Shown here: piece after piece, positions 30,541-40,245 of the stretch | Numbering within the stretch: the first letter of the stretch is position 1 | Layout: every line of letters begins with the position of its first letter | Assembly: GCA_963829525.1 (NCBI GenBank) | Contig: CAWHIJ010000003.1 | Coordinates: forward strand, 2,877,647 to 2,941,646 | From: an uncultured Actinomycetota bacterium | GTDB taxonomy: Bacteria; Actinomycetota; Actinomycetes; JAHEKZ01 | Direction: 5' to 3' | Length of the DNA: 64,000 nt | Made by a program: the position numbers and the translations under genes | The notes under the pieces: model-generated | What the model was told of the DNA's origin: nothing | Database searches by the model: none | The model's input: the letters and a program-made list of their open reading frames with translations, nothing else

Positions 30541-30588
30541 GACTTCGGATCATTATCCGCGCCTGGCGCGGTTTTCGCTCCGCAGTCA
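30541..30588. repeat. REP-like 48-bp palindromic element, copy D
   Basis: GACTTCGGATCATTATCCGCGCCTGGCGCGGTTTTCGCTCCGCAGTCA; colinear with copies A, B and C. Confidence 0.78.
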
Positions 30589-30624
30589 GCGGAAGAACGT
30601 CTACTCGCCTGCAGAATGAGCCCC

Positions 30625-31050
30625 ATGCGAGCGGTGGTGCAGGTGGCGTGCGGTGCAGCGGTTCACGTCGACGGTCAGCGCGTTGGCGGTTTCGACGGCC
30701 CCGGGCTGGTCATCCTCGTCGGCGTCACCCACACCGACAGTGAGCAGGACGCCGAGCGGCTCGCCGACAAGATCTGGCAGCTGCGCATCATGGACGACGA
30801 GCGGTCGGCATCGGACAACCAGGCACCCGTGCTGGTGGTCAGCCAGTTCACCCTCTACGCCGACTTGAAGAAGGGGCGTCGCCCCAGCTGGTCGGCGGCA
30901 GCGCCGCGCCCGGTGAGCGAGCCCTTGGTGGAGTCAGTCATCACTGCGCTTCGGCGTCACGGTGCGAGCGTGACGACTGGTGTGTTCGGCGCCGACATGA
31001 AGGTGTCGCTGACCAACGACGGCCCGCGCACCTTGATCGTCGACAGCTAG
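30625..31050 (+). CDS. dtd: D-aminoacyl-tRNA deacylase
   Basis: MRAVVQ...[18 protein letters not shown]...[16 protein letters not shown]. Confidence 0.96.
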   Translation: MRAVVQVACGAAVHVDGQRVGGFDGPGLVILVGVTHTDSEQDAERLADKIWQLRIMDDERSASDNQAPVLVVSQFTLYADLKKGRRPSWSAAAPRPVSEPLVESVITALRRHGASVTTGVFGADMKVSLTNDGPRTLIVDS

Positions 31051-31095
31051 CGCGCCAACCACCGGCCGCTCGGATCTCGTCGACAGCTAGCGCGC
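31037..31095. repeat. 19-bp direct repeat duplicating the dtd 3' end
   Basis: TCGTCGACAGCTAGCGCGC at 31037 and 31077; partial CGACAGCTAGC at 31155. Confidence 0.8.
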
Positions 31096-31160
31096 GGAGC
31101 CTCAAGGACACGCGCGGGAGCATCAGCAACACGGACGTCAACCGCACGGACCGACGACAG

Positions 31161-32111
31161 CTAGCTCGGCAGCTGCCAGCGCTGACCGCCATCAGGTGTC
31201 ACGTAGGGCTCACCGGCGAGGTCGGCCAAGCCATCGGTGGGCGTTGCGAACGAGAGCGAGGGCAGCACCCGATCGTCGGCAATCCTGGTCTCCCCCAGGC
31301 AGCCCCCGAGGTTCCACGTCACACCACCGTCCTGGGTCACCTGCGCCTCGTAGCTGGGACACCGACCGCCGTCGCGCACGAGCACCCACCCCAGTTGCGG
31401 CCCCTCGAACGCAACGGCCTGCGCTCCGGCCACCGTGGCGCGCGACACCCACGTCAGCCCACCATCGGTCGTGGCGATCACATCGCCGTCGGCGCAGAGC
31501 ACCGTTGCCTCGGTCTCAGAGATCTGTTCGACCGACAGCGGCGCAGTATCGCGATCACTGCACGGGTTCCTCGCAATACCTGTGGGCGTGGCGATATCTC
31601 TTGCGGTGGCGGGCAGCCTGACGAAGACATCGGTGGCCGGCGCCGGCCCAGACCACGTCTGGCCTCGGTCAGCCGAGGTCCAGATCCGGACGCGGCACTG
31701 CTGGTCAGCTCCGACCACCTCGACGGAGTTGGCACCCGTGGTGCGCAGGTCAAGGATCGCCTCGGCCGGCACCTCCAACGGACGCCAAGCCCTGCCACCG
31801 TTGGTCGTGCGCTCCAGGGCCGCACCGCCGAGACATGTTCCGGTGCGACCGCGGTAGGCGAGATCGGCGTCGACCATCAACAGTGGCGGTTCGATGGCTT
31901 CCGGCAGGGCGTCGGTTGCGGATGAGTCGGTGTCGGGCTTGTTGCCCTTGTCCTGCTTCGCGTCCTGGGTGGCTGGGGCGAGCGCAGATCCGCTTGGTGT
32001 CGGCGTCGGGGTTCCACGAGTGCTGCGCATCGCAGCGAACGCCAACCCGACAGCAACAACGGCAAGAAGCACGAGACCGATCGTTGCCCACGTGCCCCCC
32101 GAGCGCCGCAT
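31161..32111 (-). CDS. Membrane-anchored BNR/Asp-box beta-propeller protein
   Basis: N-terminal TM; Asp boxes TTNGGRAW, SADRGQTW, TTDGGLTW, TQDGGVTW, TPDGGQRW. Confidence 0.8.
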   Translation of the reverse strand: MRRSGGTWATIGLVLLAVVAVGLAFAAMRSTRGTPTPTPSGSALAPATQDAKQDKGNKPDTDSSATDALPEAIEPPLLMVDADLAYRGRTGTCLGGAALERTTNGGRAWRPLEVPAEAILDLRTTGANSVEVVGADQQCRVRIWTSADRGQTWSGPAPATDVFVRLPATARDIATPTGIARNPCSDRDTAPLSVEQISETEATVLCADGDVIATTDGGLTWVSRATVAGAQAVAFEGPQLGWVLVRDGGRCPSYEAQVTQDGGVTWNLGGCLGETRIADDRVLPSLSFATPTDGLADLAGEPYVTPDGGQRWQLPS

Positions 32112-32136
32112 CCCTCTCCCTCTTCCGATGACGACG

Positions 32137-32769
32137 TCAGGGTAGTGGTTCGCCCAGTTCCCGAATCTCGTCGCCCGACGTGTTGTCTGGCCACCACGAT
32201 GGGTCGTTGGCATCCATCGCCGTCACGGCCGGCCCGATCCGGTAACCGATCTGACGCGCCAGGTCGAGCAGCACAGCCAGCTCAGGAAGGGTGTAGCGCG
32301 CCCGCCCCGTCACCCGGCACACGAAGACCTCTCCCACCACGTCCCCGCGGTAGGAGATGGGAGCCCCGAGGCAAGTCGTCATTGCATATTCCACAAGGAA
32401 GTGCTGGCTCTCCGGAACGCCACCATCACTACCGATCGAGGCCACATAACCCCTGCCGTCGCGAAGGATCTGGGTAACTGTGGGGTAGTCAGCCACGGAG
32501 TAGTCGTCTCCGCTGGGATGCCCGATCTCGCGATGGCCCTCCTCGCCGACATTCACCAGGGTGCGGTAACGATCACCCCTCAGTAGCGAGATCGATGAGA
32601 CATCGGCATCGACGAACTCGCAGATGAAACTGGCAGCAGCGTCGGCGATCGACACAAGGCCGGCGCGATCCTTGAGCCTCTCTCGCAGGGCGTTGCCCGC
32701 GGCCAGCCGGCTGATGGCGGACAGGTCGGAAGGGGAAGGGCGCGACGCATCCGGCAACTCGTCAGACAC
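32137..32769 (-). CDS. Stand-alone GAF-domain protein
   Basis: SISLLRGDRYRTLVNVGE...YSVADYP...CLGAPISYRGDVVGEVFVCR; no output domain. Confidence 0.75.
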   Translation of the reverse strand: MSDELPDASRPSPSDLSAISRLAAGNALRERLKDRAGLVSIADAAASFICEFVDADVSSISLLRGDRYRTLVNVGEEGHREIGHPSGDDYSVADYPTVTQILRDGRGYVASIGSDGGVPESQHFLVEYAMTTCLGAPISYRGDVVGEVFVCRVTGRARYTLPELAVLLDLARQIGYRIGPAVTAMDANDPSWWPDNTSGDEIRELGEPLP

Positions 32770-33024
32770 AGCACCCCCTCAGGCAGAAGCGGCACCACTC
32801 GCGCGGCACCTCTTGCAGAGCAACGGCCGAACCTCGCCCCCGCTTGAGTCCGTGTGGTGATAGTGCCTCGTATCCGGGCAAATGTCATCGGACCACCCCC
32901 AAGTGCACCCAGATGTCATCTTTCGCCCGATGACCCTCCGTGATGCCGCGCCAGCCGAGACGGGCCCGACTCGGTTCGACCTCTACCCTGACGGTGTGAC
33001 CAAGCCCTCCTGCGCCGCCTTCCT

Positions 33025-34614
33025 GTGACCCGCGTCTCCGTCGCCAGCCCGCTGCGCCTGGCTACCGACGCTGGGCTGGACGCCGGACGCCGCGGCGGCA
33101 ACGCCATCGATGCCGCCCTCGCCACGGCGGCAGTCCTCACCGTGGCGTATCCCGCCAGCTGCGCCATCGGTGGCGATCTGCTCGCGCTGGTCCGCGAGCC
33201 AGACGGCCAGATCACGTTCATCGACGCGTCAGGGCGCGCCCTGTTGGCCACCGACGTCGAGGCTGTGCGCAGCCGACACAGCCAGATGCCGATCCACGGC
33301 CCTCTTCCAGTCACCGTTCCCGGCATGGTCGGTGGATGGTCTGCCCTGGCCGCTCACGGTTCAGCCTTGCCGTGGCGCGAACTTCTGGCGCCGGCGCAGG
33401 CGGCGGCCGCCGAGGGCATCTCGGTGTCGGCCGGTCTTGCAGAGTCGATCGAGGCGACCGTGCCGGCTCTCCGGCCTTTCCCCGACCTCGCCTCGCTGCT
33501 CGCTCCGGGGGGTACGCCCCTCACCGAAGGGCAGACGCTGCGACAGCCGGCGCTCGCACGCACACTTGCCGTCGTTGCCGGCGCAGGTCCATCCGCCCTC
33601 TACGACGGCGAGCTTTCGGAAACCTTCTGTGCCGGGTTGGCCGAACGCGGAGTCCCGATGACTCGCGCCGACCTTCGCGACTTCCGCGTCGATGAGGCGG
33701 CACCGCTTCAGGTCAACGCCGGCGGTTGGCAGGTTCAGGCAGGACGCCCCAGCTCGCAGGCGTATCTGGTTCTGCGGCTGCTCGGGATGCTCGACACCCT
33801 GGGCACGGAGGACGGGCGAAATGCCAACATCCCGTTGCATCGCCGGCTGCCGGCAGATCTGCTGGCGCGTGCGTTCCTGAAACTGTCGGAGGAACGCGAC
33901 GCAATACTGGCCGACCAACGGTTCATGACCCAGCCGCTCGAAGACCTGCTCACACCAGCAGCACTTGAACAGCTTGCCCAGAGCGTCCTCGCCGCCGCCG
34001 GGCCGCGCGGTGTGCCGGCAGCGCCGAGCGCCCACCCCGACGGTGACACCGTCGCCGTGGTTGCCGCGGACGACGAGGGGCGAAGTGTCTCGTTGATCCA
34101 GAGCCTGTTTCACGGATTCGGGTCGCTGATCCTGGAGCCGAACACCGGGATCTTGCTGCATGATCGTGGCGCCTGCTTCGTCCTCGATCCGCACTCGCCC
34201 AACGTGCTGGCGCCGGGCAAACGCCCGCTGCACACACTCTCACCGGTGCTGGCGCAGTCGGTCGACACCCCCGATGCACACCGTCTCGTCGTCGGCACGA
34301 TGGGCGGACACGTGCAGCCGCAGATCCTGACGCAGGTGTTGTCACACTTGATGGCGGGCGAGGGCGCACAGGACGCGGTCGGGGCACCTCGCTTCACCGT
34401 CGGCGCTTGGGAGGCCGAGGATCCAGCCGACATGCTCAACGTCGAGTCCGACATCGACCCGCAAGTCTTGCACGAGCTCGAGGCGTACCCCGGTCCTCGT
34501 TCGATGCTGCAGAGCCACGACTCACGGGTCGGCCACGCCCACGCCATTCGCGTCACCGGCTCGGGCTCTGGCGCCGCCTTCGACACCGGTAGCGATCCCC
34601 GCGCAGACGGCTAA
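33025..34614 (+). CDS. ggt: Gamma-glutamyltransferase family protein
   Basis: GGNAIDAALA; IGGDL; TVPG; GDTVAVVAAD (catalytic Thr); SLIQSLFHGFGS; PGKRPLHTLSP; GTMGGHVQPQ. Confidence 0.92.
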   Translation: MTRVSVASPLRLATDAGLDAGRRGGNAIDAALATAAVLTVAYPASCAIGGDLLALVREPDGQITFIDASGRALLATDVEAVRSRHSQMPIHGPLPVTVPGMVGGWSALAAHGSALPWRELLAPAQAAAAEGISVSAGLAESIEATVPALRPFPDLASLLAPGGTPLTEGQTLRQPALARTLAVVAGAGPSALYDGELSETFCAGLAERGVPMTRADLRDFRVDEAAPLQVNAGGWQVQAGRPSSQAYLVLRLLGMLDTLGTEDGRNANIPLHRRLPADLLARAFLKLSEERDAILADQRFMTQPLEDLLTPAALEQLAQSVLAAAGPRGVPAAPSAHPDGDTVAVVAADDEGRSVSLIQSLFHGFGSLILEPNTGILLHDRGACFVLDPHSPNVLAPGKRPLHTLSPVLAQSVDTPDAHRLVVGTMGGHVQPQILTQVLSHLMAGEGAQDAVGAPRFTVGAWEAEDPADMLNVESDIDPQVLHELEAYPGPRSMLQSHDSRVGHAHAIRVTGSGSGAAFDTGSDPRADG

Positions 34615-34668
34615 CGCCACAGATCTTCTGGCGAGCCACCCGGTTGCCCATTCTGATGCCGAGTGCGG

Positions 34669-35265
34669 TCAGCGGGCGAGGACGCTTCGGTAGTCCGACG
34701 CCTGCACCACGCGTGCGTTGTCAGGACCTGCTCGACGGGTGCTCGGCACCGGCACGGCGGTCGGTGACCCGTCAATGGTGAACACCACCGTTCTCACACC
34801 AGGTACCGCCAGCGCCGTCACAGCCACCTGCCCCACCGCAAGCGGCAGTCCGCTCGTCTCGAGGCCAGCACCCAACACAATGTCGACGACGACGCGGCTC
34901 CGTCGCACCTCGCCGTCCACCAGAAGATCGGGGGGGAGCAGCGTCGTGAGTCCCCGCGCCTGCTCGACCGGCCCCGGTCCACTCAACAAGCCGGTGAGGG
35001 CGGCATCGAGCCGTTCCTGGCGGCTCTCAGCCACACCGAGCCGGACGGTGCGGACAAGCTTGTCACCGCGCACCCACGTGACCGTCAGCCGTTGCTGCTG
35101 TGCTGTCTCGGCAGGGGTCGGTGTCTGAACCGGCTGCAGAAGCTGGGCGATGTCGGAGTCGATCGGTTGCGGGCCGTCGCTGGACGACACCCCGCACGCT
35201 GTCAGCGGCAGCGGTAGCGCCAAGACCAACCCGACGCTGGCCGCGACCTTCCACCACGACCTCAC
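34669..35265 (-). CDS. GerMN-domain lipoprotein
   Basis: Lipobox LTAC-GV; LLSGP...GLTTLLP; LAVGQVAVT...VVFTIDG; start overlaps the kinase stop. Confidence 0.82.
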   Translation of the reverse strand: MRSWWKVAASVGLVLALPLPLTACGVSSSDGPQPIDSDIAQLLQPVQTPTPAETAQQQRLTVTWVRGDKLVRTVRLGVAESRQERLDAALTGLLSGPGPVEQARGLTTLLPPDLLVDGEVRRSRVVVDIVLGAGLETSGLPLAVGQVAVTALAVPGVRTVVFTIDGSPTAVPVPSTRRAGPDNARVVQASDYRSVLAR

Positions 35266-36608
35266 GACGACGCTCCGGGAATCTCGACGACGAAGCAAGC
35301 CCCGCCACTGTCTGAATCCTCGTACCAACAAGCACCACCGTGAGCCAAGACATGGTCGCGGACGAGCGCGAGCCCCAGGCCGGTTCCTCCGCTGGACGCG
35401 CGGCTCGGCGCCGACATCCCGCGCGAGAACCGTTCGAAGACTGCCTCCCGATCTGCGGGCGGCACTCCTGGGCCAGAGTCAGAAACTGAGAGCCGCACAG
35501 CGTTCCCGACCTGTTCGACGGTGACCCGCTCGACACCGCCGCCGTGCGCGTCAGCGTTCTGCACCAGGTTGGCGATCACTCGGCTCAAGCGCCGACCGTC
35601 TGCGCGCACCCGGGTATCCCCACGGCGCACCAACACGTGTGGTCGCCCGTCGAGCTGCATGGAGGCAAGATCGGCGAGGTCGACGACCGGTTGGGTCGCG
35701 GGGTCAAGCGGCTCATGGTCGCGTGCGAGGTCGAGCAGGTCCTCAAGAAGCTCGGCGAAGCGCGCGATGTCGACCACCAAGAGATCAACGGCTTCCCGGG
35801 CAACAGATGGCAGCTCATCGCGTCGCGACTCCAGAACGGACGCGCTCGCGGTCATCGTCGTCAAAGGACTGCGCAGCTCGTGACTGACGTCCGCGGCGAA
35901 CTCGGCATCGCGCTGAATGCGGGTGGCGAGAGTCTCGGCCATGGCGTTGAACGAGCTCGAGATAGCGGTGAGATCTGGGTCGGTCGTCGTCGGTGCTCGC
36001 GCGTCGAGATCGCCACCGGCCAGCTTGGTCGCCGCCTGCGCGACATCGTTGAGCGGACGCAGCACCCGGCTCGCCGCCCACCAACCGAGCGCGGCTCCGA
36101 ACAGCGACGTCAACAGCGCAGCTGCCACGCCCGCCCAGATGATCGTCTGCAGGGTGGTGTCGAGGTTCTCCAGCTCGGTGACCTCGTAGTAGGCGTACCC
36201 ATCGGTCAGTGGGACGCCGATCGCCACCACCGACGTTCCCCCTGAGCGGTAGATCTGCACGCTCGGTTTCCCGGCTTCAGTCGCTGCGACCAGGTCTTTC
36301 GGAAGGTCGTCGATGGTCAGACCGATCGTGGTGCTGGCGGTCGCATCTGGGGCGATCAAGACTGCTTCGGCTCCGGTCCCCAACCGCACTGCATCGAGGG
36401 CGCCAGAGGGATCGGCACCACTACCCGCGAGTCGGCTCTCGACGAAAAGCCCGTTGACGACCGCCTGCCGACTCGCCGCACGTTCGCGTTGGTCCACGAG
36501 GTAGCGCGCACTCACGACATCGGTGACCAGCGTCACGATTACCGACAGCAGCAGCGCGCCGGTGGCGAACCCGAGGATGACGCGTCCTCGAAGCCCAAGC
36601 GTTCTCAC
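35262..36608 (-). CDS. HAMP-domain sensor histidine kinase
   Basis: Two TMs; HAMP; FAADVSHELRSPLT; NLVQNA; DSGPG; GGTGLGLALV. Confidence 0.93.
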   Translation of the reverse strand: MRTLGLRGRVILGFATGALLLSVIVTLVTDVVSARYLVDQRERAASRQAVVNGLFVESRLAGSGADPSGALDAVRLGTGAEAVLIAPDATASTTIGLTIDDLPKDLVAATEAGKPSVQIYRSGGTSVVAIGVPLTDGYAYYEVTELENLDTTLQTIIWAGVAAALLTSLFGAALGWWAASRVLRPLNDVAQAATKLAGGDLDARAPTTTDPDLTAISSSFNAMAETLATRIQRDAEFAADVSHELRSPLTTMTASASVLESRRDELPSVAREAVDLLVVDIARFAELLEDLLDLARDHEPLDPATQPVVDLADLASMQLDGRPHVLVRRGDTRVRADGRRLSRVIANLVQNADAHGGGVERVTVEQVGNAVRLSVSDSGPGVPPADREAVFERFSRGMSAPSRASSGGTGLGLALVRDHVLAHGGACWYEDSDSGGACFVVEIPGASS

Positions 36609-37312
36609 GCCGTTGCCTGCAGCCGGTATCCCAACCCGCGCACCGTGACGAGCAGCTGCGGCTGCGACGGGTCGCTCTCGAGCTTGACGCGCAGCCGGCG
36701 CACCGTGACGTCAACGAGGCGGTCGTCACCGGACGTCTGGTATCCCCAGACACGTTCGAGCAGCTGCGGCCGGCTCAGCATCTGCCCGAGGTGACGCGTG
36801 AGCTCGACGAGCAGGCGGAACTCCATCGCGGTCAGAGTCACCTCATCAGGTCCGCGGCGCAGCCATCCTCCCGTCTCACTGAAGGTGAGCCCCGACGGTC
36901 CGGTGCTCAGCACGACGACGTCGGTCGGTGGCTCCTCAGCGCGCACCGGGGCGTCACGACGGCGGACGGCTCGGATGCGGGCGGCCAGCTCTTTGACGAC
37001 GATCGGCTTGACCACGTAGTCGTCGGCGCCGGCCTCGAGACCGGCCACGACATCGGTGGTGTCGCCGCGCGCACTGGTGATGATGATCGGCACCTGGCTG
37101 CGGGTCCTGACCTCACGGATCAGGTCTCGGCCGTCGGAGTTGCCCAGCATGATGTCGACGAGCAGGACGTCTGGCCGCTCTCGCTCGTATGCGGCCAGGC
37201 CCTCGGCCACGTCGGACGCCTCGATGACCTCAAAGCCCTCCTCGCCCAGCGCCAGGCGCAGCGCAGCACGGATCCGGTCGTCGTCCTCGACGAGCAGCGT
37301 CTTCACGGCCAT
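36605..37312 (-). CDS. OmpR-family response regulator (MtrA/AfsQ1/CseB-like)
   Basis: LLVEDD...DIML...GLEAGADDYVVKP...RLVDVTVRRLRVKLE.DPSQPQLLVTVRGLGYR. Confidence 0.93.
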   Translation of the reverse strand: MAVKTLLVEDDDRIRAALRLALGEEGFEVIEASDVAEGLAAYERERPDVLLVDIMLGNSDGRDLIREVRTRSQVPIIITSARGDTTDVVAGLEAGADDYVVKPIVVKELAARIRAVRRRDAPVRAEEPPTDVVVLSTGPSGLTFSETGGWLRRGPDEVTLTAMEFRLLVELTRHLGQMLSRPQLLERVWGYQTSGDDRLVDVTVRRLRVKLESDPSQPQLLVTVRGLGYRLQATA

Positions 37313-37383
37313 GCGTTCATTCTTACCGGCCGCTCCCCGGTCTGGCGAAAGGCGGGCTCACCCGGATGGCCCCGTCCGAAGTT

Positions 37384-37399
37384 GTCAAGGAACTGTCAC
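37384..37399 (+). promoter_or_regulatory. OmpR-family direct-repeat box
   Basis: GTCAA-N6-GTCAC between the response regulator and the divergent STAS gene. Confidence 0.55.
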
Positions 37400-37494
37400 A
37401 TGGCTGACCGGCTGCTGACACCTTCGGCGCCCAGGATGAGCCCACAGCACGTCCCCTTCCCAGGATGGGTTCTCCGGCACAAGGAGGTACCGCC

Positions 37495-37857
37495 ATGACG
37501 AGTACGACAAGCATCGCGACACCAGCCAGCTCCGCAGCCCCTACCCTCTCGGCTGCCGGCCGAGAGTCCATCGTCTTGACCGTCGGCCCCGCCAGCGCCG
37601 ACCACTTCATGAACCTGGTCGAGACCTTCGGTGAGGCCACCCGCTCCGCCTGCCGCTCCCTCGTCCTGGACCTCAGCGCCGTCGACCGGATCGACTCCGA
37701 CCTGCTCGGCCTGCTGCTGTGGGCCCATGGGCGGCTCAGCCAGCGCGGCGCCCACCTCGTTCTCGCCCGCCCGAGCCCTGCCACCAGGGCGCTGCTCGGC
37801 AAGAGTGGCCTCGATCACGTGCTGCAGGTCAGCGACATCGTTCCCACCGCGGCATGA
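37495..37857 (+). CDS. STAS-domain anti-sigma antagonist
   Basis: LVLDLSAVDRIDSDLLGLLL...LVLARPSP...LLGKSGLDHVL; AAGGAGG RBS. Confidence 0.85.
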   Translation: MTSTTSIATPASSAAPTLSAAGRESIVLTVGPASADHFMNLVETFGEATRSACRSLVLDLSAVDRIDSDLLGLLLWAHGRLSQRGAHLVLARPSPATRALLGKSGLDHVLQVSDIVPTAA

Positions 37858-38457
37858 CTACCGCCGCGCTCGTCCTGCCTGACTCCTCCTCCGCGGCGCC
37901 CGCGGTGCACTGCCTGGCCGGCGACGCCTCAGTGGCCGCCGCTGTCGTCCGCGGCGACGACGCCATGGTGCTGGTGGCCGAGGACGCCGGCCCACACTCC
38001 GACGAGCTCGCCGACCTCTTCCGATCACTGGCCGGACGCGGCACCCCCCTGGGCGCCCTTGCCGCGCTGCTCGACGAGGCGGTCAGCAGCTGGGGCGGGT
38101 CTGGGGTGATGGCGACCCTCGTCGATGCCCACGCCCACGGGTTCACCGTCCTGCACCGCGGTGGGCCAACACCAATCGTGGTGGGGGCACAGGGGTCACT
38201 CACCCGAATCGTGGCCTCCACTCCCGGCCCTCCGCTCGGCCCGCACGACACGCTGACCACCCTCCGCTACGGCGAGATCCACACCGCGCAGCACGACGAT
38301 GTGCTGGTGCTGACCACTCCCAGCGGCATCGACGACGCCGTCGACGGCGCTCGTCTCGGCGGCCGGCCCTACCTGGGACGACGTCCGCTATGCCCTCACC
38401 AGGGACGGAACGTCACCCACCCCGCAAGAAGCGTTCGCCCTCGTCAGCTTCCACTGA
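37854..38457 (+). CDS. Degenerate SpoIIE/PP2C-like protein; probable frameshift near 38370
   Basis: MATLVD...TVLHRGGPTPIVV...PGPPLG...DDVLVLTTPSG follows the SpoIIE motif order, but GHP and TDG are altered; coupled to the STAS gene by an ATGA overlap. Confidence 0.5.
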
Positions 38458-38473
38458 GTCAAGAACGACGCAT

Positions 38474-38701
38474 TCACCCGCTCTCCGCGGACCAGCCCTG
38501 CACGAGCTCGCGGACCCGCTCGACGGCCACCTCCGGCGCCATCCCCGCTCCGACGGCGACGCCAACGAGGTAAGTGGTCACCGGGGCGGCACGCCGCTCG
38601 ACGTTGTGCGCGACGTCGCGGGCGACGTCCAGCATCGTGTCGGTGTCGACGGGTGACGGCAGCTCCAGCGCCCGAGTGAGGGCGTCCACCCACTTGTCCA
38701 T
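38474..38701 (-). CDS. DUF6457 small protein
   Basis: MLDVARDVAHNVERRAAPVTTYLVG; a usual mobA neighbour. Confidence 0.85.
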   Translation of the reverse strand: MDKWVDALTRALELPSPVDTDTMLDVARDVAHNVERRAAPVTTYLVGVAVGAGMAPEVAVERVRELVQGWSAESG

Positions 38702-38711
38702 CGCGTGCTCC

Positions 38712-39353
38712 CTATGTGTCGTTGGTGCCCTCGTCCAGCAGGGCCTCGAGACGGTGCAGGTCCTCTGGTGTGTCAATGTCCCACGTCGGGTCGACGGCGA
38801 CGGTGTCCCCACGCTGCTCGCCCCGAGCGATGGTGTTCAGCGTCGACGTTCTCAGCCGGCCGACCACCTCACGCATCGCGGCACCGGTCGCTTCACCTCC
38901 TGCGGCGATAGCGGCACGCAGCGCGTCCGTTCGATAGGCAGCGCAGAGCTGTTGCGGACGACCGGACGCGTCCATGCTGAGCACCGCATCCTTCAGGGGG
39001 GCGTCGGCGAGCGAGCGCACGAGAGCGACCGGCAGCGCGCCCACCATCGGCAGGTCGGTAGCCAGCACGACGACGACCGGTGCGGCGACCAGAGCAAGCG
39101 CCGCGTCCACACCTGCCACCGGCCCCCCACCTGGCGGGTCCTCCTGCGCGAAACGGACGCCTTCGCGCGCGGTCGTCACCGGTGGCCCTGCCACGACGAC
39201 GGGGACTTCGGGGGGGACGTCCGCCAAGGTGCGGTCCAGCAGCGTTGCTCCGCCGACGTCCAGGGTGGCCTTGTCTTGGCCCATGCGTCGGCTACCGCCG
39301 CCGGTCAGGACGACGACCGTCCACTCGGGCACTGCGTCTTGCGCGTCAGGCAC
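38712..39353 (-). CDS. mobA: Molybdenum cofactor guanylyltransferase-like
   Basis: VVLTGGGSRRMGQDKA; EDPPGGGPVAG; LATDLP; DIDTPEDL. Confidence 0.88.
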   Translation of the reverse strand: MPDAQDAVPEWTVVVLTGGGSRRMGQDKATLDVGGATLLDRTLADVPPEVPVVVAGPPVTTAREGVRFAQEDPPGGGPVAGVDAALALVAAPVVVVLATDLPMVGALPVALVRSLADAPLKDAVLSMDASGRPQQLCAAYRTDALRAAIAAGGEATGAAMREVVGRLRTSTLNTIARGEQRGDTVAVDPTWDIDTPEDLHRLEALLDEGTNDT

Positions 39354-39466
39354 GGCACCATCATGCGGCACGCCCCAATGCGGCACACCATTGTGCGTCA
39401 AGCGCCGCCATCATGGCGCGAACCGCCTTCACCCGGCGCCCCCTCCGGTGCGGCGCTTGCGCTGGG

Positions 39467-39955
39467 TCAGTCGATGGCGGAGCAGAGGTCGGTGACGGTG
39501 CCGCTGAAGACCCTGCTGAAGTCGCCGGCGTCGAGGTTGCCGATCCGACCGGAGTACAGCCAAGCACCAGGCGGGAAGGGCAGGAACGCCCTCTGCGCGT
39601 CGGTGCCGATCAAGACCCAGTTCCCGGTTCCCTTGGTGCTGCCTTTCTTGCTGAGCGTCGGGCCCGATGCGTTGACGGTGACCGAGTGGGCGTTCTCCTC
39701 GTTGGTGAGAGTCACCGAACCTGCACCGGTGACGAACATGCGGAGGACCGAGCCGTCTGCACTCTTCCACTCACGCATCGTCTGCTCGGTGTTGAAGGTG
39801 ACGGTAAGCGGGAAATCACATGCACCGGCGTATCCCAGGAACGTCTCCTGGAAAGGCACCGGCGTGGTGACAGGGGGTGCTGCCGTCGCAACCGAACCGA
39901 CGGTCAAGCTGACGCACGCAACCGCAGCGCCGATCGACCAAACGAACTTCCCCAT
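39467..39955 (-). CDS. Secreted hypothetical protein
   Basis: Signal peptide ending ATA-A; CDFPL...DLC Cys pair; beta-rich. Confidence 0.7.
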   Translation of the reverse strand: MGKFVWSIGAAVACVSLTVGSVATAAPPVTTPVPFQETFLGYAGACDFPLTVTFNTEQTMREWKSADGSVLRMFVTGAGSVTLTNEENAHSVTVNASGPTLSKKGSTKGTGNWVLIGTDAQRAFLPFPPGAWLYSGRIGNLDAGDFSRVFSGTVTDLCSAID

Positions 39956-40245
39956 GCATCCCCCTCGAACGAACCTGTGGGTCAATGAGAGGGCCCGGGC
40001 GTGACAACGTCAATACGGTCTAGACAATACGTACGCCGTATGGGGCATCACAGAACCGGCAGTCGGTGCGATCTGGACATTTGGCCGGCCACACATACCT
40101 GCAAGGCGGGGCTGTGGACGCGGCCCACACGGCATCGAGTCAGCCGGCGCTGCATCGAGACGGCCCGCGCAGCATCAGATACAACAGCCACGTCGCGCAG
40201 CGCCAGTCCTCCCGCGCTGCTGTGCACCAGATCCACCGACCTCCG

